DNA of 63,171 nt, filler included, from Dicyema japonicum (taxonomy: Eukaryota > Animalia > Dicyemida): assembly GCA_011109175.1 (NCBI GenBank). It is 12 parts of 12 records of this genome, joined end to end, with 100 filler letters (N's around TTAATTAATTAA, not from the genome) between each part and the next. Parts side by side here need not be neighbours in the genome. Positions count along the whole stretch, not along the records: positions 1 to 3,398 come from RDEW01000080.1; positions 3,499 to 9,643 come from RDEW01000279.1; positions 9,744 to 13,159 come from RDEW01000336.1; 9 more parts are not named here. One strand, given 5' to 3'. Positions 1-13,259 of the stretch are shown here, piece after piece. The stretch's first letter is position 1. Every line of letters begins with the position of its first letter. The notes below the pieces were generated by a model that saw only the letters and a list, made by a program, of their open reading frames with translations, made no database searches and had not been told where the DNA came from. The translations under genes and the position numbers were made by a program.

Positions 1-240
1 ACCCGACATTTTTAAAGATCTTCGAATTGATCTCCTTGCAAATTGGTTTTACCCGATCAGTCAATGAACCTTAGAATTGAGGAACCAACCGATCTTTTTT
101 AAGACATATGGCCTGCTTACCCTAGCACGTCAAATTTCATCAGGTTTATTCAGTAGCTTGCAGTACTGCGGAAGGAAGTTCCCGGAAAGACCCAATTGCT
201 CTTCCAAAACATTGGGAGTAATTCCCATGCTTTGCTGAAT
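1..240 (-). mobile_element. Degraded APE-type LINE reverse transcriptase fragment
   Basis: Minus-strand translation gives a decayed RT domain 2-3-like stretch (EQLG...QF.GSLTDRV); stops and frameshifts present. Confidence 0.4.
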
Positions 241-409
241 GTCTAAATACCATAATAGAGTTCTCACTTTCATTTAAATTATATTACTAGTTTTTGTTGA
301 TAAATTTATCAGAACTGTGAAAAAGGCAACTTCGAGAAAAAACTCGAAAAATGTTTACTGATGATGGCCATTAACCAAGTGTAATCATCATTAAGTTTGT
401 CTAACTTTT

Positions 410-890
410 ATTTGAAGATAGGGGAGTTGGCTTAAATCTATAAATTTTTATTCCGTCTATTACGGAAGCCAATCAGTCCTCATGTTCACTCATGTTCTTG
501 GGGAACATCAAAAAAAGATATAGAACAACACTACTCATTTCACAAAGTCCAACTAAGAAAACTATTCTTAGCCAAAGAAAATCTCAAACAATAAATTACA
601 TTAAAAACGTTGCTAGACGATTATCAGAATCGTTTTATTCATCCTNACTTTTATTTGAAGATAGGGGAGTTGGCTTAAATCTCTAAATTTTTATTCCGTC
701 TATTACGGAAGCCAATCAGTCCTCATGTTCACGCATGTTCTTGGGGAACATCAAAGAAAGATATGGAACAACTCGACTCATTTCACAAAGTCCAACTAAG
801 AAAACTATTCTTAGCCAAAGAAAATCTCAAACAATAAATTACATTAAAATCGTTGCTAGACGATTATCAGAATCGTTTTATTCATCCTCC
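410..890 (+). mobile_element. RTE-like LINE 3' fragment, tandemly duplicated across a single N at 646
   Basis: Frame not in the ORF track reads SWGTSKKDMEQLDSFHKVQLRKL, similar to the RTE copy at 28.9 kb (TWATSKEELEKLDSFHRNYLRNI). Confidence 0.5.
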
Positions 891-959
891 TGGAGTGTTT
901 GGAGAGTGGTTCCTGAAATTGAACGAACAAAAATCCGAGCTTACTACAATAAAACATGA

Positions 960-2019
960 AAGCAATAGCACATAATAGACTACAAGTAAAATAATTTGCA
1001 TGGAGGTCTTGGCAAATGATGCTATGATTCCTAACAAACTAAAGAGACATTTTACTTCCAAGCATCCGGACTATTCCGAAAAATCTGTGGATTATTTTAT
1101 CCATTTTAAATAAGTTTTTGGAGAAAAAGGGTTTTAGATGGCGATTATACTATGTTTCCTAATACGAATCGTTTATTTTATATTTTAATTATAAGGATAT
1201 AATGGTGAATCGATACAGGGACTGATTAATGAACATTTAATAATTTTGGAAAACAAAATGAATGCTTATTTTCCAGACTTAAAAATTGAAAAATTCGATT
1301 GGGTTATTATTTTTTTAAATTTTTTTTATATACGAAATCCTTTTTTTTGTGTCAGAATCAAAACACTTATCTGTTAAAGAAAATGAAGAACTTATTGTAC
1401 TGTTTAATNGACTGATTAATGAACATTTAATAATTTTGGAAAACAAAATGGATGCTCATTTTTCAGACTTAGAAATTGAAAAATTCGATTGGGTTATTAT
1501 TTTTTAAATATTTTTTAGATACGAAATCCCTTTCTTGTGTCAGAATCAACACACATATCTGTTAAAGAAAATGAAGAACTTATTGTATTGTTTAATGATC
1601 GATCCTTGAAATTAATGATGACGGAGTTAGAGATTGGAGAATTCTGGATATATATTCGAAACATATATCCCAGTTTATCAAAACAAGCACTGATTATAAT
1701 TTTACAGTTTTCTACGACGTATTCATGCGAAACAGGTTTTTCTACGCTGCATAATATGAAATATAACAAACGTGAAAGTTCGAGAAACATTGATGCGGAA
1801 ATGCGGGTGGCTTTGTCAACCATTCGACCTGATATTGATGATATATGCAAAAACAATAATAATTAAGATTTCATTTTTTTATTAATAAAAATTTGGGCAT
1901 TAAATTACCAATTTTTGTACTTAGTTTTACACATCTTAAAAATTTAATTTTTTAATTTGTGTCGTGGATTATTTTTTTACGATTAGTGTGCCGCGTGAAT
2001 TATTTTTTGAAAAGCTCTG
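960..2019 (+). mobile_element. Internally deleted Buster/Charlie-type hAT transposon with 3' terminus
   Basis: BED-finger remnant CMEVLANDAMIPNKLKRHFTSKH (about 995-1070); dimerisation-domain ORF 1537-1866 (FSTTYSCETGFSTL); subterminal AGTGTGCCGCG and end TTTTGAAAAGCTCTG at 2005-2019. Confidence 0.8.
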
Positions 2020-2039
2020 GTCTGAACATTGCGTTCATC

Positions 2040-2500
2040 CATATCCACTAAGAACCCCTTAAGTAGGGAAACGATGATCATTTTAAATGCCTTTTGAAGC
2101 ATGTGGATCATATGAAGGATTCGTAGGAATTGAAGAAGGAACGGAATCCTTCGATTGGGTAGGTTGAACCAACACTAATTGCGACTGGAGGGACGGCACT
2201 GACCACTTCTCCCATTTGCTTAAAGTAATATCATTTATTATTCTGCACAAAACGCAACTTAAAGCATCACAAACTAAATGCCTCCACACTCCACTGAAGA
2301 TGCAACTACTGTAAGAGAATCTAGGTCCTCTGCTTCATTTTTGAATACCTCATGTCTTCTTTGATTCCACAGGTAGCATATATCTCGGTCGTTTTCAATA
2401 TAATCCATTACATTCGAATATGCTCCCATAACGTCGTTGGAAAGTATTGTTGAATTCATTCTTAGAATATGTCCAAACAAACCTCACTCCAGGATTTACA
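2040..2500 (-). mobile_element. Probable non-LTR retrotransposon fragment
   Basis: Two short ORFs of higher GC between TE remnants; family not securely recognised. Confidence 0.25.
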
Positions 2501-2639
2501 CAACAATATATGTTTCACTTTGAGTGACCATTCATCAAATATTTAAGACACAAACTTGGTGCTATGTTATTTTGAATTATTAAATAATAAAAAAACGTGA
2601 AAATTGAAATAGAAAAGAAAAGTCATGACTGGTAAAATG

Positions 2640-2990
2640 CATCTATCCCCAACAAATTTTGATGGGAGATTATCGTATGGGGTGTACTAGTTATAAAGGA
2701 GTATGGAAATTAGTATCAATATCAAAATAAATGTAGCGAATTATATTAACATTTTAGCAAAAATTTTTGGAAATCAGCCGAATATTGGATTGAAAGATTT
2801 TTCCAACAAGGATTGATTCCCACGGTCACTCCAAGCTAACAAAACATTTTTATAGTAAACAAACCATTAGAACTTTGGATTGGGCACCTCAATTGCCGGA
2901 TTTAAAACCAATTGAACTTCTAAAATCGAATTGAAAAAAAATTCATGCAAAAATGTCATCGAAGAGAAAAACAAAATTATAGACTATTGG
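2640..2990 (+). mobile_element. Tc1-family DDE transposase remnant
   Basis: Frameshifted motifs IIVWGCTSYKG, YINIL, FQQ...HSKLTKHF and LDWAPQLPDLN, matching Tc1 VWGC / FQQDN / W..QSPDLN. Confidence 0.75.
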
Positions 2991-3398
2991 GAAAAGAAAC
3001 CGGGAAATTTGTCCGCAAATTGTCTTCTATTCTTTTAAGTTCGTCTGGACGTCTTCAAAGTGGAGGAGAGAGTGAGAAAGCGTATATGCAGACACTCATG
3101 CTGTGAAATCTTTAGAGAGCATACAAGTTAAGCCGAGAAACAGAGTATAGATTTAGATGTGCCTCAGCGAATATCTACGGAAAAACTTGATCAAGGCATC
3201 TTTAGGACCGATCGGTGTTCCTCTATAAGCAATTTTTAATTTAAGTGAGTTTCCTGCTTCTTCGCAGAAACCACTGAAAAACACGTGGATGCCTATCTAA
3301 TTGTTTCCGTATCACAGTAACTTAAAATGCGTATATAAACAATCACAGCAATAATAGTAAGAATTGTAACAGTTTTGATTCAACTTCCGTAGTCATGC

Positions 3399-3498
3399 NN
3401 NNNNNNNNNNNNNNNNNNNNNNNNNNNNNNNNNNNNNNNNNNTTAATTAATTAANNNNNNNNNNNNNNNNNNNNNNNNNNNNNNNNNNNNNNNNNNNN
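3399..3498. other. Artificial assembly spacer (44 N + TTAATTAATTAA + 44 N); repeated with linkers at 9688, 13204, 15888, 20054, 24426, 32829, 35029, 54328, 58371, 61133
   Basis: Identical 12-mer with stops in all six frames, centred in 100-bp N runs. Confidence 0.97.
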
Positions 3499-4100
3499 AC
3501 ATCCAAACTTTCCCCAAGATTGTGCAAACCCTCACTCCCAAAGAAAAAGTTCATAAAGCTAGTTTTCTTTTTCAAGGCATTTGAAATAGAAACCGCCTTC
3601 TTACAGGCACACAAAGCTTTAGTTTTGTCATCCTAAAATTCTATTACAAAATTTAATTTTAAAAATAATTATTAAAATAAAAATTCAAATTTTCTTTAGA
3701 TTTTTCATAAAAATTATTAATAAAATTTACAAATTTACAAATAATAAATAAAATTTTTAAATATTGATAATGTGCGACTGATTAAATAAATTAACCGAAT
3801 CAAACGTAAGCAAAGCCTTGATGGTTAGCAGTACAGCGTAACCCATGGAGTGGTACATTGAGTTGTCGGTACTTTAATTATTATTAAATTAACTGATTTT
3901 TGAGAATATCAATTGCTTGACTATATTTGTTGTTCAAAAATAGATCAAGTGCAATCGAGCAATCATCAATTGAACTTTGTAGAGTTTCCTTGTGGTCTAA
4001 ATCTTCGATGTTTGATACTCCACAATTTTGAAATTCTTCTGCGTCGTAAAATTCCTAATGAATTGTTTAGTTAAGTCACCTCATCATCAATCTTCTCCAT
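3499..4100 (-). CDS. TTC39: Tetratricopeptide repeat protein 39 (IML2/DUF3808 family), first four exons, running into the gap
   Basis: Exons 4100-4080, 4054-3894, 3871-3796, 3632-3509; GT-AG introns of 25, 22 and 163 nt. Spliced frame is open: MEKIDDE-EFYDAEEF...SSIDDCSIALDLFLNNKYSQAIDILKNHTDNSMYHSMGYAVLLTIKALLTFDS-DDKTKALCACKKA, matching the TTC39 motif ALNLFLNNKF..A...L......SMYH..GY......A.LTF. Confidence 0.85.
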
Positions 4101-4259
4101 AATTAAATACACACAATAAAATAACCTAAATTTATTTAAATATTTTAAAAATACTTAATTAATATATAATTACATTTTAATAAAAATTTCATTTAAAATT
4201 TTAATTTTTATTGTTGCCTCTACTATTGATCACTTGTTGCCTCTACTACTGAGTGAACG

Positions 4260-5460
4260 TAGAAGCGCTCACATAAGAGAGGGGTTTAAAAAAAGCACCG
4301 CCTATAGTAAAGGGGCTAATTAGTAAACTCCGTGTTCCCAAATGGGATTTCAAAGAGTTGAGGAGGGCAAAGGTGGAGTTAGAGGGGGCAATGATGGTGT
4401 ATAAGAGGAAACTCTATACACATGAAAGTCGGTGTAAGAGAAGGAGAGAAAATAATCTGTTTGAGTTTAATCACATATTGTTTTACCTGTCGCCTACACG
4501 AAAATGGCTATAGTGCATGTTCCCAGCAGGACGCGGAAATCCTTTCCACATGGGGTAGTACGTGGAAGGCTAAACCATACAGAGGAAATGCGTGGAATTT
4601 ACCGTACAGCGCCGCTCCTTTCTTGGCAGAATCTTGCGGAATTTTCGATTTTCGTAAGAAATTTGAGGCGGTAGTGAGACATCTCCCTGATTGGAAAACG
4701 ACCGGGGTCGATAAAGTTTATAATTTCTTCATCAAACGATGCACTTCATTGCACGAGTCTATGTGCCGTGTATTACAGAAAAGCATCACTAACCCGGAAA
4801 CTATTTCTGATTGGGCCTGCACAGGGTCAACTTATTTGATCCCAAGCTGGACAACCCTCAGTCTGCTGCAGATTATCGACCAATAACCTGCATGCCAACC
4901 CTGTATAAACTGATGACCAAATTGGTGGCTAATGAAGTCAGGAGCTTTATAGAAGCAAATGGGATTCTCTCCTAGAATCAGTTGAGTACTGTGCGAAATT
5001 GTCAGGGGGCAAAAGAGCAGGCTTTAATTAACAAGTGCCTTTCTGTGTCTCACGGAAACTCACTTTTGTCTATGTGAATGGATGTGAAGAAGGCTTACGA
5101 TTCAGTTGATCATTCTTACCTAATCGAGTGCCTACACAGTCTGTGTATGCCTGTGTGGTTCATCAGCTTTGTAGTGGCTGTGATGAATTTGTGGAGTATT
5201 CATCTGAACTATAATAGGCACCGGATAGGAGAGGTAAAACAAAGAGGGGATCTTTCAAGGGGATAACATGTTTCACTGCTCTTTGTTCTCTGTTTGGAGC
5301 CATTGAGTCGCCGCCTCAATGACCGATTTGAGCAAATACCAGTTCATTGTGAGGGGGTTTGTTTAAGTACAAATTACCTTCTTTTTATCGATGACCTGAA
5401 GATGTATGATCGAACAGCCGAGGAACTCTACTCCATGGGGGTATGGAATTCTTTAAGAGT
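4260..5460 (+). mobile_element. R4/Dong-clade non-LTR retrotransposon, degraded RT
   Basis: KRRRENNLFEFN, GSTYLIP, YRPITCMPTLYKL-like stretch, MDVKKAYDSVDH, QGD, LFIDDLK; several stops and frameshifts. Confidence 0.85.
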
Positions 5461-5519
5461 ATAGGACTAGATTTGAATTATTCAAAGTTTGCGACTAACA
5501 CGCAAGTATGTAGCGATAA

Positions 5520-6020
5520 ATTTCTTAACATGACATCCTTCGATCCTTCAATGGTGCACTCAGTAATCAGGAAAATAAATAACTCGTCGTCTCGCGGTTT
5601 AGATGACATCTCTATTTTCGAACTCTTCAATATGTTCCTCAGTGACCTCCCGTTCCCAACCACAAAAAACACAATTCTTTTATTATATGCGGATGATCTC
5701 GTGGTCGCATTAAAACATCGAAGAATCGAGTGGACGATCGTACAAGATCTATTAAACCTGATGGGTCTTTGGTTCCTGAAGAACCGTCTGAATATATCAC
5801 CATGAAAGTTACATGTAATGAAGTTTACCCCACCACGAAAAAAAGTACAGGCAACACCACGAATAAAATTGTATGACTCCCTGCTTCCCATTACGAAGAC
5901 CCTTTCAATCCTTGGATCCTTTCCTCACATTCACTCATCAAGTGGACCTAGTAACCGCGAGGATCCAAAAGAAAATTGGAATTCACTCACTCTCCAGTAT
6001 CTACCCACCCATCATTAGAA
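5520..6020 (+). mobile_element. APE-type (Jockey/I-like) LINE RT fragment with internal deletion
   Basis: SSRGLDDIS joined directly to LFNMFLSDLP...LLYADDLVV...LNISP. Confidence 0.7.
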
Positions 6021-6039
6021 TTTATATACAAACAATTTG

Positions 6040-7830
6040 TTCTACCTAGTATCGAGTACACCTGTGCTGCATGAATTGCCCGTTATCACTATCAGCACAG
6101 AGCAAGCTGGAAGTTTTTCAAAACTGATGTCCCAGAATACTACTGAGATCACCGAAAAAAATGTCCACTTTGTTGCTACTGAGAATAGTAAACGTCTCCC
6201 AATCATGGAATACGTTACGGAACGTCATAGGACTTACTCAAGATGACAAAGTCCCCTGACCATTCCCTCGGGCCGGACATAATACTATATATGTACGCCT
6301 GCCCGAGATATGAGAAGAAACCTTCGCTATTGTGTAAATTAATCCAGTGCTCCAAAGGACTGATGTGGATACGGGGATCACTTAATTGGACGATAACTTT
6401 TATCCTTTTTCTCGTGATTTCTGAGTTAATAAATATCCCCATGGAGTATCCATAAAAGATTATCGTGTCTTTTAAATCCTTTAATTGTAACAAAATGTGA
6501 TTTCTCGTTGGTTTTGGCTTGTAGAATTGATGAGCCAAACAATATTCTCTAACATTATAAGAAATTGACAGTCTTCTTGGAAGATGAACACAATCTTTGT
6601 TAAATGCAAATTCATTAGTATACAATGTTCAGTGGTCGGGATAAAGAATTACCTTTAAGGTGATTTGTGGATTATTATTCCACGTGTTCTAAAAAGTTAG
6701 TAGTTGGTAGAATAATCATTTACTGTTCAAAATCACTTATAATGAGGTCAACTATATATGTCATTAAAACACAAAAATCTCGACTCAACAATCAATGCCA
6801 ATATAATAAGCCAAATTATTATTAAATCTGCCGAAATAAAAATCTCTAAAGCTTGCATCCAGTAGAATAATTTAACGTGTTGACTCAAAAATGAAATTAT
6901 TGAACTTTTCTTAATCAATAATGGTTAATTATTTAATAGAGAATACTTATTAATATCAAATAAACCAAACCCCCCATATTAATACAATTAATTAGTGAAT
7001 AACCTATATTTGCCTCTTCTGTGACATGACATTATTAATATCAAAGCAATGAAATCAATGACACAGCAAAATACTGATATTATGGCATCCCGGTTTATAT
7101 ATGATGATTTAATATTTTGAGTTATCGCTTTTTGAGTAGACGGTTTAGTTTTAATTTGAGTTCTATCATTTTTTGAGGGACTTTTTCATAAGTTAAATTT
7201 TTACAAAATACCCCTAAAATAAATAATACAATAACCTTCATTAATAAGAAATGGCATTTCTGGCATCCCTTGATTGAACAATTTGACCATTAAACAAGAA
7301 ATATTAAAAGAAACATAAGAAAATTAAAAAAATAGTTTGACAGGCATATTCCCCATTAAAATAAATCAGTTGCCTATTAAGTGTAATCGTATAATTACTA
7401 GAATTATCTAAAAATGAATCGTCACAATTACAAATAGGTATATCTTTACAAGGTTATACATACTAATACGAAAATGAAACTTAAAATATAAATTAATATT
7501 TTGTGATGATAGAGTTTGATAAATTCTATTTTTTATTTGATTGTGGTGTATTTGGGAATTTTCTGTGTTAAACATGAATTTCATATTCTAGTATTAGTAG
7601 AAAATTACAAACTTTATAATCTTTCATGTATGCTACTTTTGGAATACCTTTTAAAAATGCTTTATTTTGTGCATTCCAAAGATTTAAAATTCTATTTAAA
7701 CGTGCTTCTTAATAGTTATTCAAATGACCACAGTCAACATTAGTATATACCATTTGATTTTGAATTACAGGACTTATTAAAATAATTAATAATTCATACC
7801 CACATAGAGATACGGTCATTTATAGATTAT
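6040..7830 (-). pseudogene. Unassigned degenerate multi-exon gene, possibly a membrane protein
   Basis: 136-aa ORF 6215-6625 extended upstream through one TGA; hydrophobic stretches (IISVFCCVIDFIALILIMS; IFISADLIIIWLIILALIV); short GT-AG intron-like segments; in-frame stops. Confidence 0.25.
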
Positions 7831-7959
7831 TATTTATTTAGATTATTTTATAATTATTAAATTATTATTAATTTAATAAAATTTATTAAAAATATCTCAA
7901 ATGATGAATTAATATGTCTGAATTTAGAGACACTTTATTAAACCAACTAAAAAAGTTAC

Positions 7960-8400
7960 TATTTGACGTTTAACAACCTTCCTCGTCAATTGTCTAATTT
8001 ACCCCTCTTTCTATCTACGGGCTATGTCTCTCATACTCCAATGTAATACTCTTTAGGGTTTGTTTTAAAATAGTGAACTGTAGGTATCCCTGGAGCCTCT
8101 ACCTTGATCTATCCTGGTGTTCTCTAATAATTTAATGCTAGGAACAAATTCCTCGCATTTAGAGACGTCTTACACAATAACGCTGCTCTTTTACGGATGA
8201 CTTCAGTAATTTGTCGCTTTGTCTCAGGCATTATAAGGGACTTTGGAGATTCGGTAACACCCAGATACTTATATCCTTCGTGTTCCTCTAGGACTCTTAC
8301 TAACTCGCTACATACTTGCGTGTTAGTCGCAGACTTTGAATNTTATTAATGTCTCTGAAACAAGAATCGATTTAGTCCTTAAACGTTCTATTACAAAAAC
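7960..8400 (-). mobile_element. R4/Dong-like RT thumb fragment
   Basis: EEHEGYKYLGVTES...LLCKTSLNARNLFLALN. Confidence 0.65.
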
Positions 8401-8699
8401 AACCGTGTCAATAAGTTAGAAATAGTCAGAATAAAACAATTTTACGAGATCCATTCAAAAGCCATAAGGCAGCCGTCCTGACTGTGTGGCTATTCTTTCT
8501 CAGGATTGCGAGCAAGATTCGCTAAAAATTGTTAGCAGCGTTCGACGAGATCTCCAGTAAATGTAGAAATCCGATTCCTTAGACGACTCCATAATCATCA
8601 AGTCGAGGTCCCAACAAATAACACATCAATTTGTGAGTTTGTACATCTAACATTTACATAAATAATCACCACTGAACTTAGACAGCTTATTATTCACTA

Positions 8700-9390
8700 T
8701 ATCAATAATTTTCATCAACCCATAGTACACGTGGTCTATGTAAAATTGGGTTGATAATAAACGAGGAGGGTCATTCAAAGAGAATAATAAAAAGAACTCT
8801 TTGATCAACCGAAAGTTGTTTAATGCAAAAGATAATCAGATGTGACTTGTCTCTGAGACAAAACAGAACAATACTAAAATAACACCACAACAAACAAATT
8901 TAATTTCCCGCCTAAACAAATCCTCAATGGATGACTGCAATTAATATATAAGAATTACATTATCAACAATCAATAAAGAATCATCACAACTACAATCATA
9001 TGCAAGAGTGTAGAGATGTCTCATCGGTTGGATATGGTATCGATTACCATTGCCACGTGAGGGGAAATGAGGGTAAAAGGCACATATAATACCCACAACA
9101 CCACGTGGAGTACATGTCAGCCGATGTCTTATAAGATCACTGTTTATTACCGGCATTTTGCAAAGAAGAGACCAATGGACATTGCCACAGCCATATGTGA
9201 ACCATAGTTGTCATATTTGTACATCTCATCACTCACAAACATGCTTCCCAGACAACGACAAGCTGCAAGTACTGTCACACAACTACTTCCAAACATAATC
9301 TAATAATAATCAAATCTACCAATGAAGCAGACAAAATGAGTCACGATATTGTATTCTCTTGCATGGGAAATATACTGTATTCCAAAAAAT
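8700..9390 (-). pseudogene. ANAPC1: Anaphase-promoting complex subunit 1, PC-repeat region fragment
   Basis: After removing introns 9319-9300 (20 nt) and 9150-9128 (23 nt): IMFGSSCVTVLAACRCL...NYGSHMAVAMSIGLFF...GIICAFYPHFPSRGNGNRYHIQPMRHLYTLA, matching APC1 YPHFP....DNRYHLQA.RHLY.LA; in-frame TGA stops on either side. Confidence 0.85.
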
Positions 9391-9999
9391 TGTAGAGAAA
9401 GCCCAACTAAACTGAGTTAACTGCAAACAATANCTAAAGTTTGTCTTAGAATTCTGAGTTTATCTCCAAAATTGAAAAAGTTTCTTCTCATACTTTGGGA
9501 AGGATTCTAGAATAATTAGACTGACCCAAATGGATGGTCTAGATTTTTGACCATTTTAAGAAAATATTGCTGGCGTTTCAATGAACCATTATTGGTGTTT
9601 CGTTTAATGTTTTCCATAATAACAAGATAAAAGAGAGTCACAANNNNNNNNNNNNNNNNNNNNNNNNNNNNNNNNNNNNNNNNNNNNTTAATTAATTAAN
9701 NNNNNNNNNNNNNNNNNNNNNNNNNNNNNNNNNNNNNNNNNNNTTATTCCACAGAGACGAGGCGAAAAGCTGGTCGAAGGTGTGCGACTATGAACGTGAC
9801 CTGAGGAGGTAGGAGTAAGTAACAAAGTCGGATTAACCAAAAAATATCGGCTTTCCTCCGGGTGTCCCTTTGTATATTCTGTGGTCATTTAGCAGGTCTA
9901 GGAAGCTATCTCTTTCGTTGACGACGAGACTTTTAAGGACATTTTTCAGAAGCATGGCAAGTTCCCTGTTCAGGTAAATCTCAGGTGTTTAGAGTAACA

Positions 10000-10800
10000 G
10001 ATCTGACTGAGATTCCAAATACAGAGGATGCTCAGTGATTACGAAAAGTGTGAATCCGGATAACATTCGTAGCAAATTTGATTTAAACCGAGCGAGGAAG
10101 ATTTGGAGAGGATAAACGGTTGTGGTCGGGAACATCGGTCTCTAGTTTCAATCTTAGTATTTTTCTAATTATCTTAGTTCCAAATCTATGTGGGATTATC
10201 CATTTCTGAGTGGTTACATGGGATTTCTTGTATTTTTACTTATTAATATTGTTCCCTGATTTGGTAATCTATTAGCTCTCAGTCCACTGATACACACGGT
10301 GTTTAGAATATGTAAAATATTTTAATTTGCCTGGGGATATCTTATTTTGGCATATACAGATTATGCCATGACATCAAAACCAAATCGAGGATTACCTATT
10401 GGCTGTCATTGAGAGATCATTATGGTCCGTCGCATAATGAAACGAAAGCGTAAGGAAAAGTATTCAGGCCTCTCCCAGGAAGTCACATTCATTCCACTCG
10501 GGTATAAAAATACAGAGCACTTGGACCTTTGATTTTTTCATTTAGCTCTAATAATACTGCACTTTACAAAATGACCTCAAAAAAACGCTGCCGGGTGAGT
10601 GATCCCAGACCGACAACTTGGGAGCTGGGTCCATTGAAGACGGGCGTCCAGAAATGCCCTTCTAAAAGGCAGGGTTTCGACTCATATCTCATGTTCGTCT
10701 GGAGATATGAGATTAGTAGCTCATGCAGAGGATGACCTGGTATCCTTGCTTCTCTGATGAGAATTCTTTGTTTTTGGATGTAAAGATCTTCTGTAGATGT
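10000..10800 (-). mobile_element. APE-type LINE C-terminal remnants
   Basis: RIPGHPLHELL tail motif and downstream decayed C-terminal region. Confidence 0.4.
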
Positions 10801-11049
10801 ACGAGATACAATTTCTTTGTTTATATGTAGCTTGATGTCTTTTAAGTATCTAAGTGATTCTCAACAATGAATTCTACAGTAACAGTGTTGGGGTGAAGAA
10901 TTTATAAATTATTCTGAATATCAACACCATTGGTTATAAAAATTTGTAAAAGCGTGTTTTTTTGTTTTTATAAATTGTCACGTTTTGTAAACTTTGATGA
11001 TCAATTTAAGCGAAGATCCTTGAATAGGGTGATAGTTAATATGCTATGT

Positions 11050-11720
11050 CGCTAATAATAATGACTCGGCCATTAGTTGATCCCCACCTCAATCAGTAGC
11101 CTCCTTACTTGGTTCTGTATATCTATTTATTTAATAACTCAAGACCGCGGTAAACCAAACTAATTATCACGTGATCCCGATGCGATTAAACAGCGATCTC
11201 ATCTTTGACCAGTGTTCCTAAGTGGCTGGCATGATCTTACATGGCGGCTGACTGCTCTTACTGGGGCGCATTCTGGAGTCTAGTCTCATAAAAGCGTCAG
11301 TCCGGTTCGGTGATCTCAACAAATCCAGTGCTTTGTAATTCTGAAAACCCTCTTTTAGATTTCTTCAATCTTCCTCATATTTGTCCAAGATACAGCCATA
11401 AGGGATGCTTCGCATTAGATCCCCGACATGATAATATCATCGAAAGAAGATGGTCTTTATAGGTTTGGTGTAGCATGCTCAAGGAAAGGATCCAGGTGCG
11501 GAACGAAGATATTAACAAGGGATAGTCTTCTTTCGTTGTCCAGCGATTATTTCGTGACCTCGACATCCCCAACATGTTCCTCACCTGCGATGAGATGTGT
11601 ATGATTTCAGCTTCTCTTTGTTAGAGTGACCAGACCTCCACCTATTTCTCTAGTCTATCCTGATAGCCTTGCATCCGGGAATGAGGGGTTAGGTCATTTA
11701 AATCGAGTTTGGTGTGTTTA
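11050..11720 (-). mobile_element. R4-like C-terminal fragment, related to the copy at 49240-49680
   Basis: RL...R.IGGGL motif; nucleotide similarity to the 49.3-49.6 kb copy (ACGTGATCCC.ATGC, CAAATCCA..GCTT). Confidence 0.45.
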
Positions 11721-12179
11721 ATCATAACCATGTTGATCTTCTACTTGTCAGGTTAGCCGAGGTCCCTGGTTTTCTTTTAAATTTCAATGATGTTCAGCTG
11801 AAGAACAGTAAAGTGATTTTCTCTTCTGTGGACTCAGGAAATGCATCGCCTGGAGACGAGAATGTCAAGGAGGATCTAAATGTCATTTTTCTGTGGATTA
11901 GTGCCCCCTGAACGTTTCCAGATCCTTTTGAATCGATAGACCACATAAAACTGAGCTAATAGTTAATACAGAATTTATTTAGAAACCCTGGATCTCCGAG
12001 AAAGAATCCCAGTTTCCGCAATCAATCAATCTAATGTAGTGGTCTTCTATTGTTCCACTTCTCTCATCCCTTCAGAGGAATCCGATTGGAAAAAAGAACC
12101 TTGCCTTGGAAAAAACAGGCGAAATGGATCTACATCCTCTCACAGAGCCGGAGAAATCTACATCTGTGATTACGGTTTG

Positions 12180-13140
12180 TTTCTCTCGTTAGTAGAGGAT
12201 TGATTTTTGATCAAATATGAGGGCCCATCATATGAATTGTTTTCCGGTATATCAAATCAAGTCTGTGTAGCGTAGTATCCGATAACGTGAATCTCCACGC
12301 AACAATGGCGTACTCCACAGTGATCGTTTGTCGGTGAGTGTTGCAACAGAAGCATAAATTCAAAAGAGTTCATTGGACAAACGCATGTATAACGTTCAGC
12401 TTCTGCAGGCCTTTAGTGAAGATTTTTGCGTGAAAGTTAAAATTCAACAGATAGTCTAACGTTAATCAAAAAATTGAGAAACGAGAGTTTGTTTATGGTA
12501 TCTGGAAAGCGCAATGAAAATATTTGAATTTTTCTTGTAACGACAGTCTGAGGTGAATGCGTACATATTGATTTTTCAAAAGAAATCCAAATTCATGCCA
12601 AAGAGGGGGAACATAAGGTTAAATCGGAAGATGTGATTATCAGTGTTTCTTAATGAAATTCTTGTATGTAATTTAGGGTCATTCAGGATAATCATGTCAA
12701 TAAGACCATTTGCGATTAACTCGGCTTGGCTGTCAGAAGACTGTGAAGCACGCCAGGTGGCGGCATTTGGGTCGCCGTATATTATAAACTTCTTCATTGT
12801 TGAGAGGCCTACTAGATTGGGGGTGTAGGATGTTGGACAGGATCTTTTTGGAAAATGAATAAATTGACCACATTAACCCAGAGACGGAAACAGCTGGAAT
12901 TTTATGGTATACCGTTCTTTACAATAGTGAGTAGGCCTTCACCTTGTTTTCTCTGACTTACGGGTCACGTGTATCCGGAGGAGGGTGTTGGAATGGATGT
13001 AGTTGTAAAATTATTAGACCTCCACGTGGAGCAGAGTTCGTTTGAATGTCGCACATAGGAGAATCAATAGTCCATAACAATGATGACGCTAGACAAAGTC
13101 GGAGGCACATAGGTTAAGGAAACCCACAAATGGTGGGGAG
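12180..13140 (-). mobile_element. APE-type LINE: endonuclease plus RT tail, internally deleted
   Basis: IIYGDPNA (APE GDFNA motif), RKQGEGLLTIVKNG; downstream VEYAIVAW...LDLIYRK. Confidence 0.65.
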
Positions 13141-13259
13141 AAGTTGGTGGCTCTTTTCGNNNNNNNNNNNNNNNNNNNNNNNNNNNNNNNNNNNNNNNNN
13201 NNNTTAATTAATTAANNNNNNNNNNNNNNNNNNNNNNNNNNNNNNNNNNNNNNNNNNNN

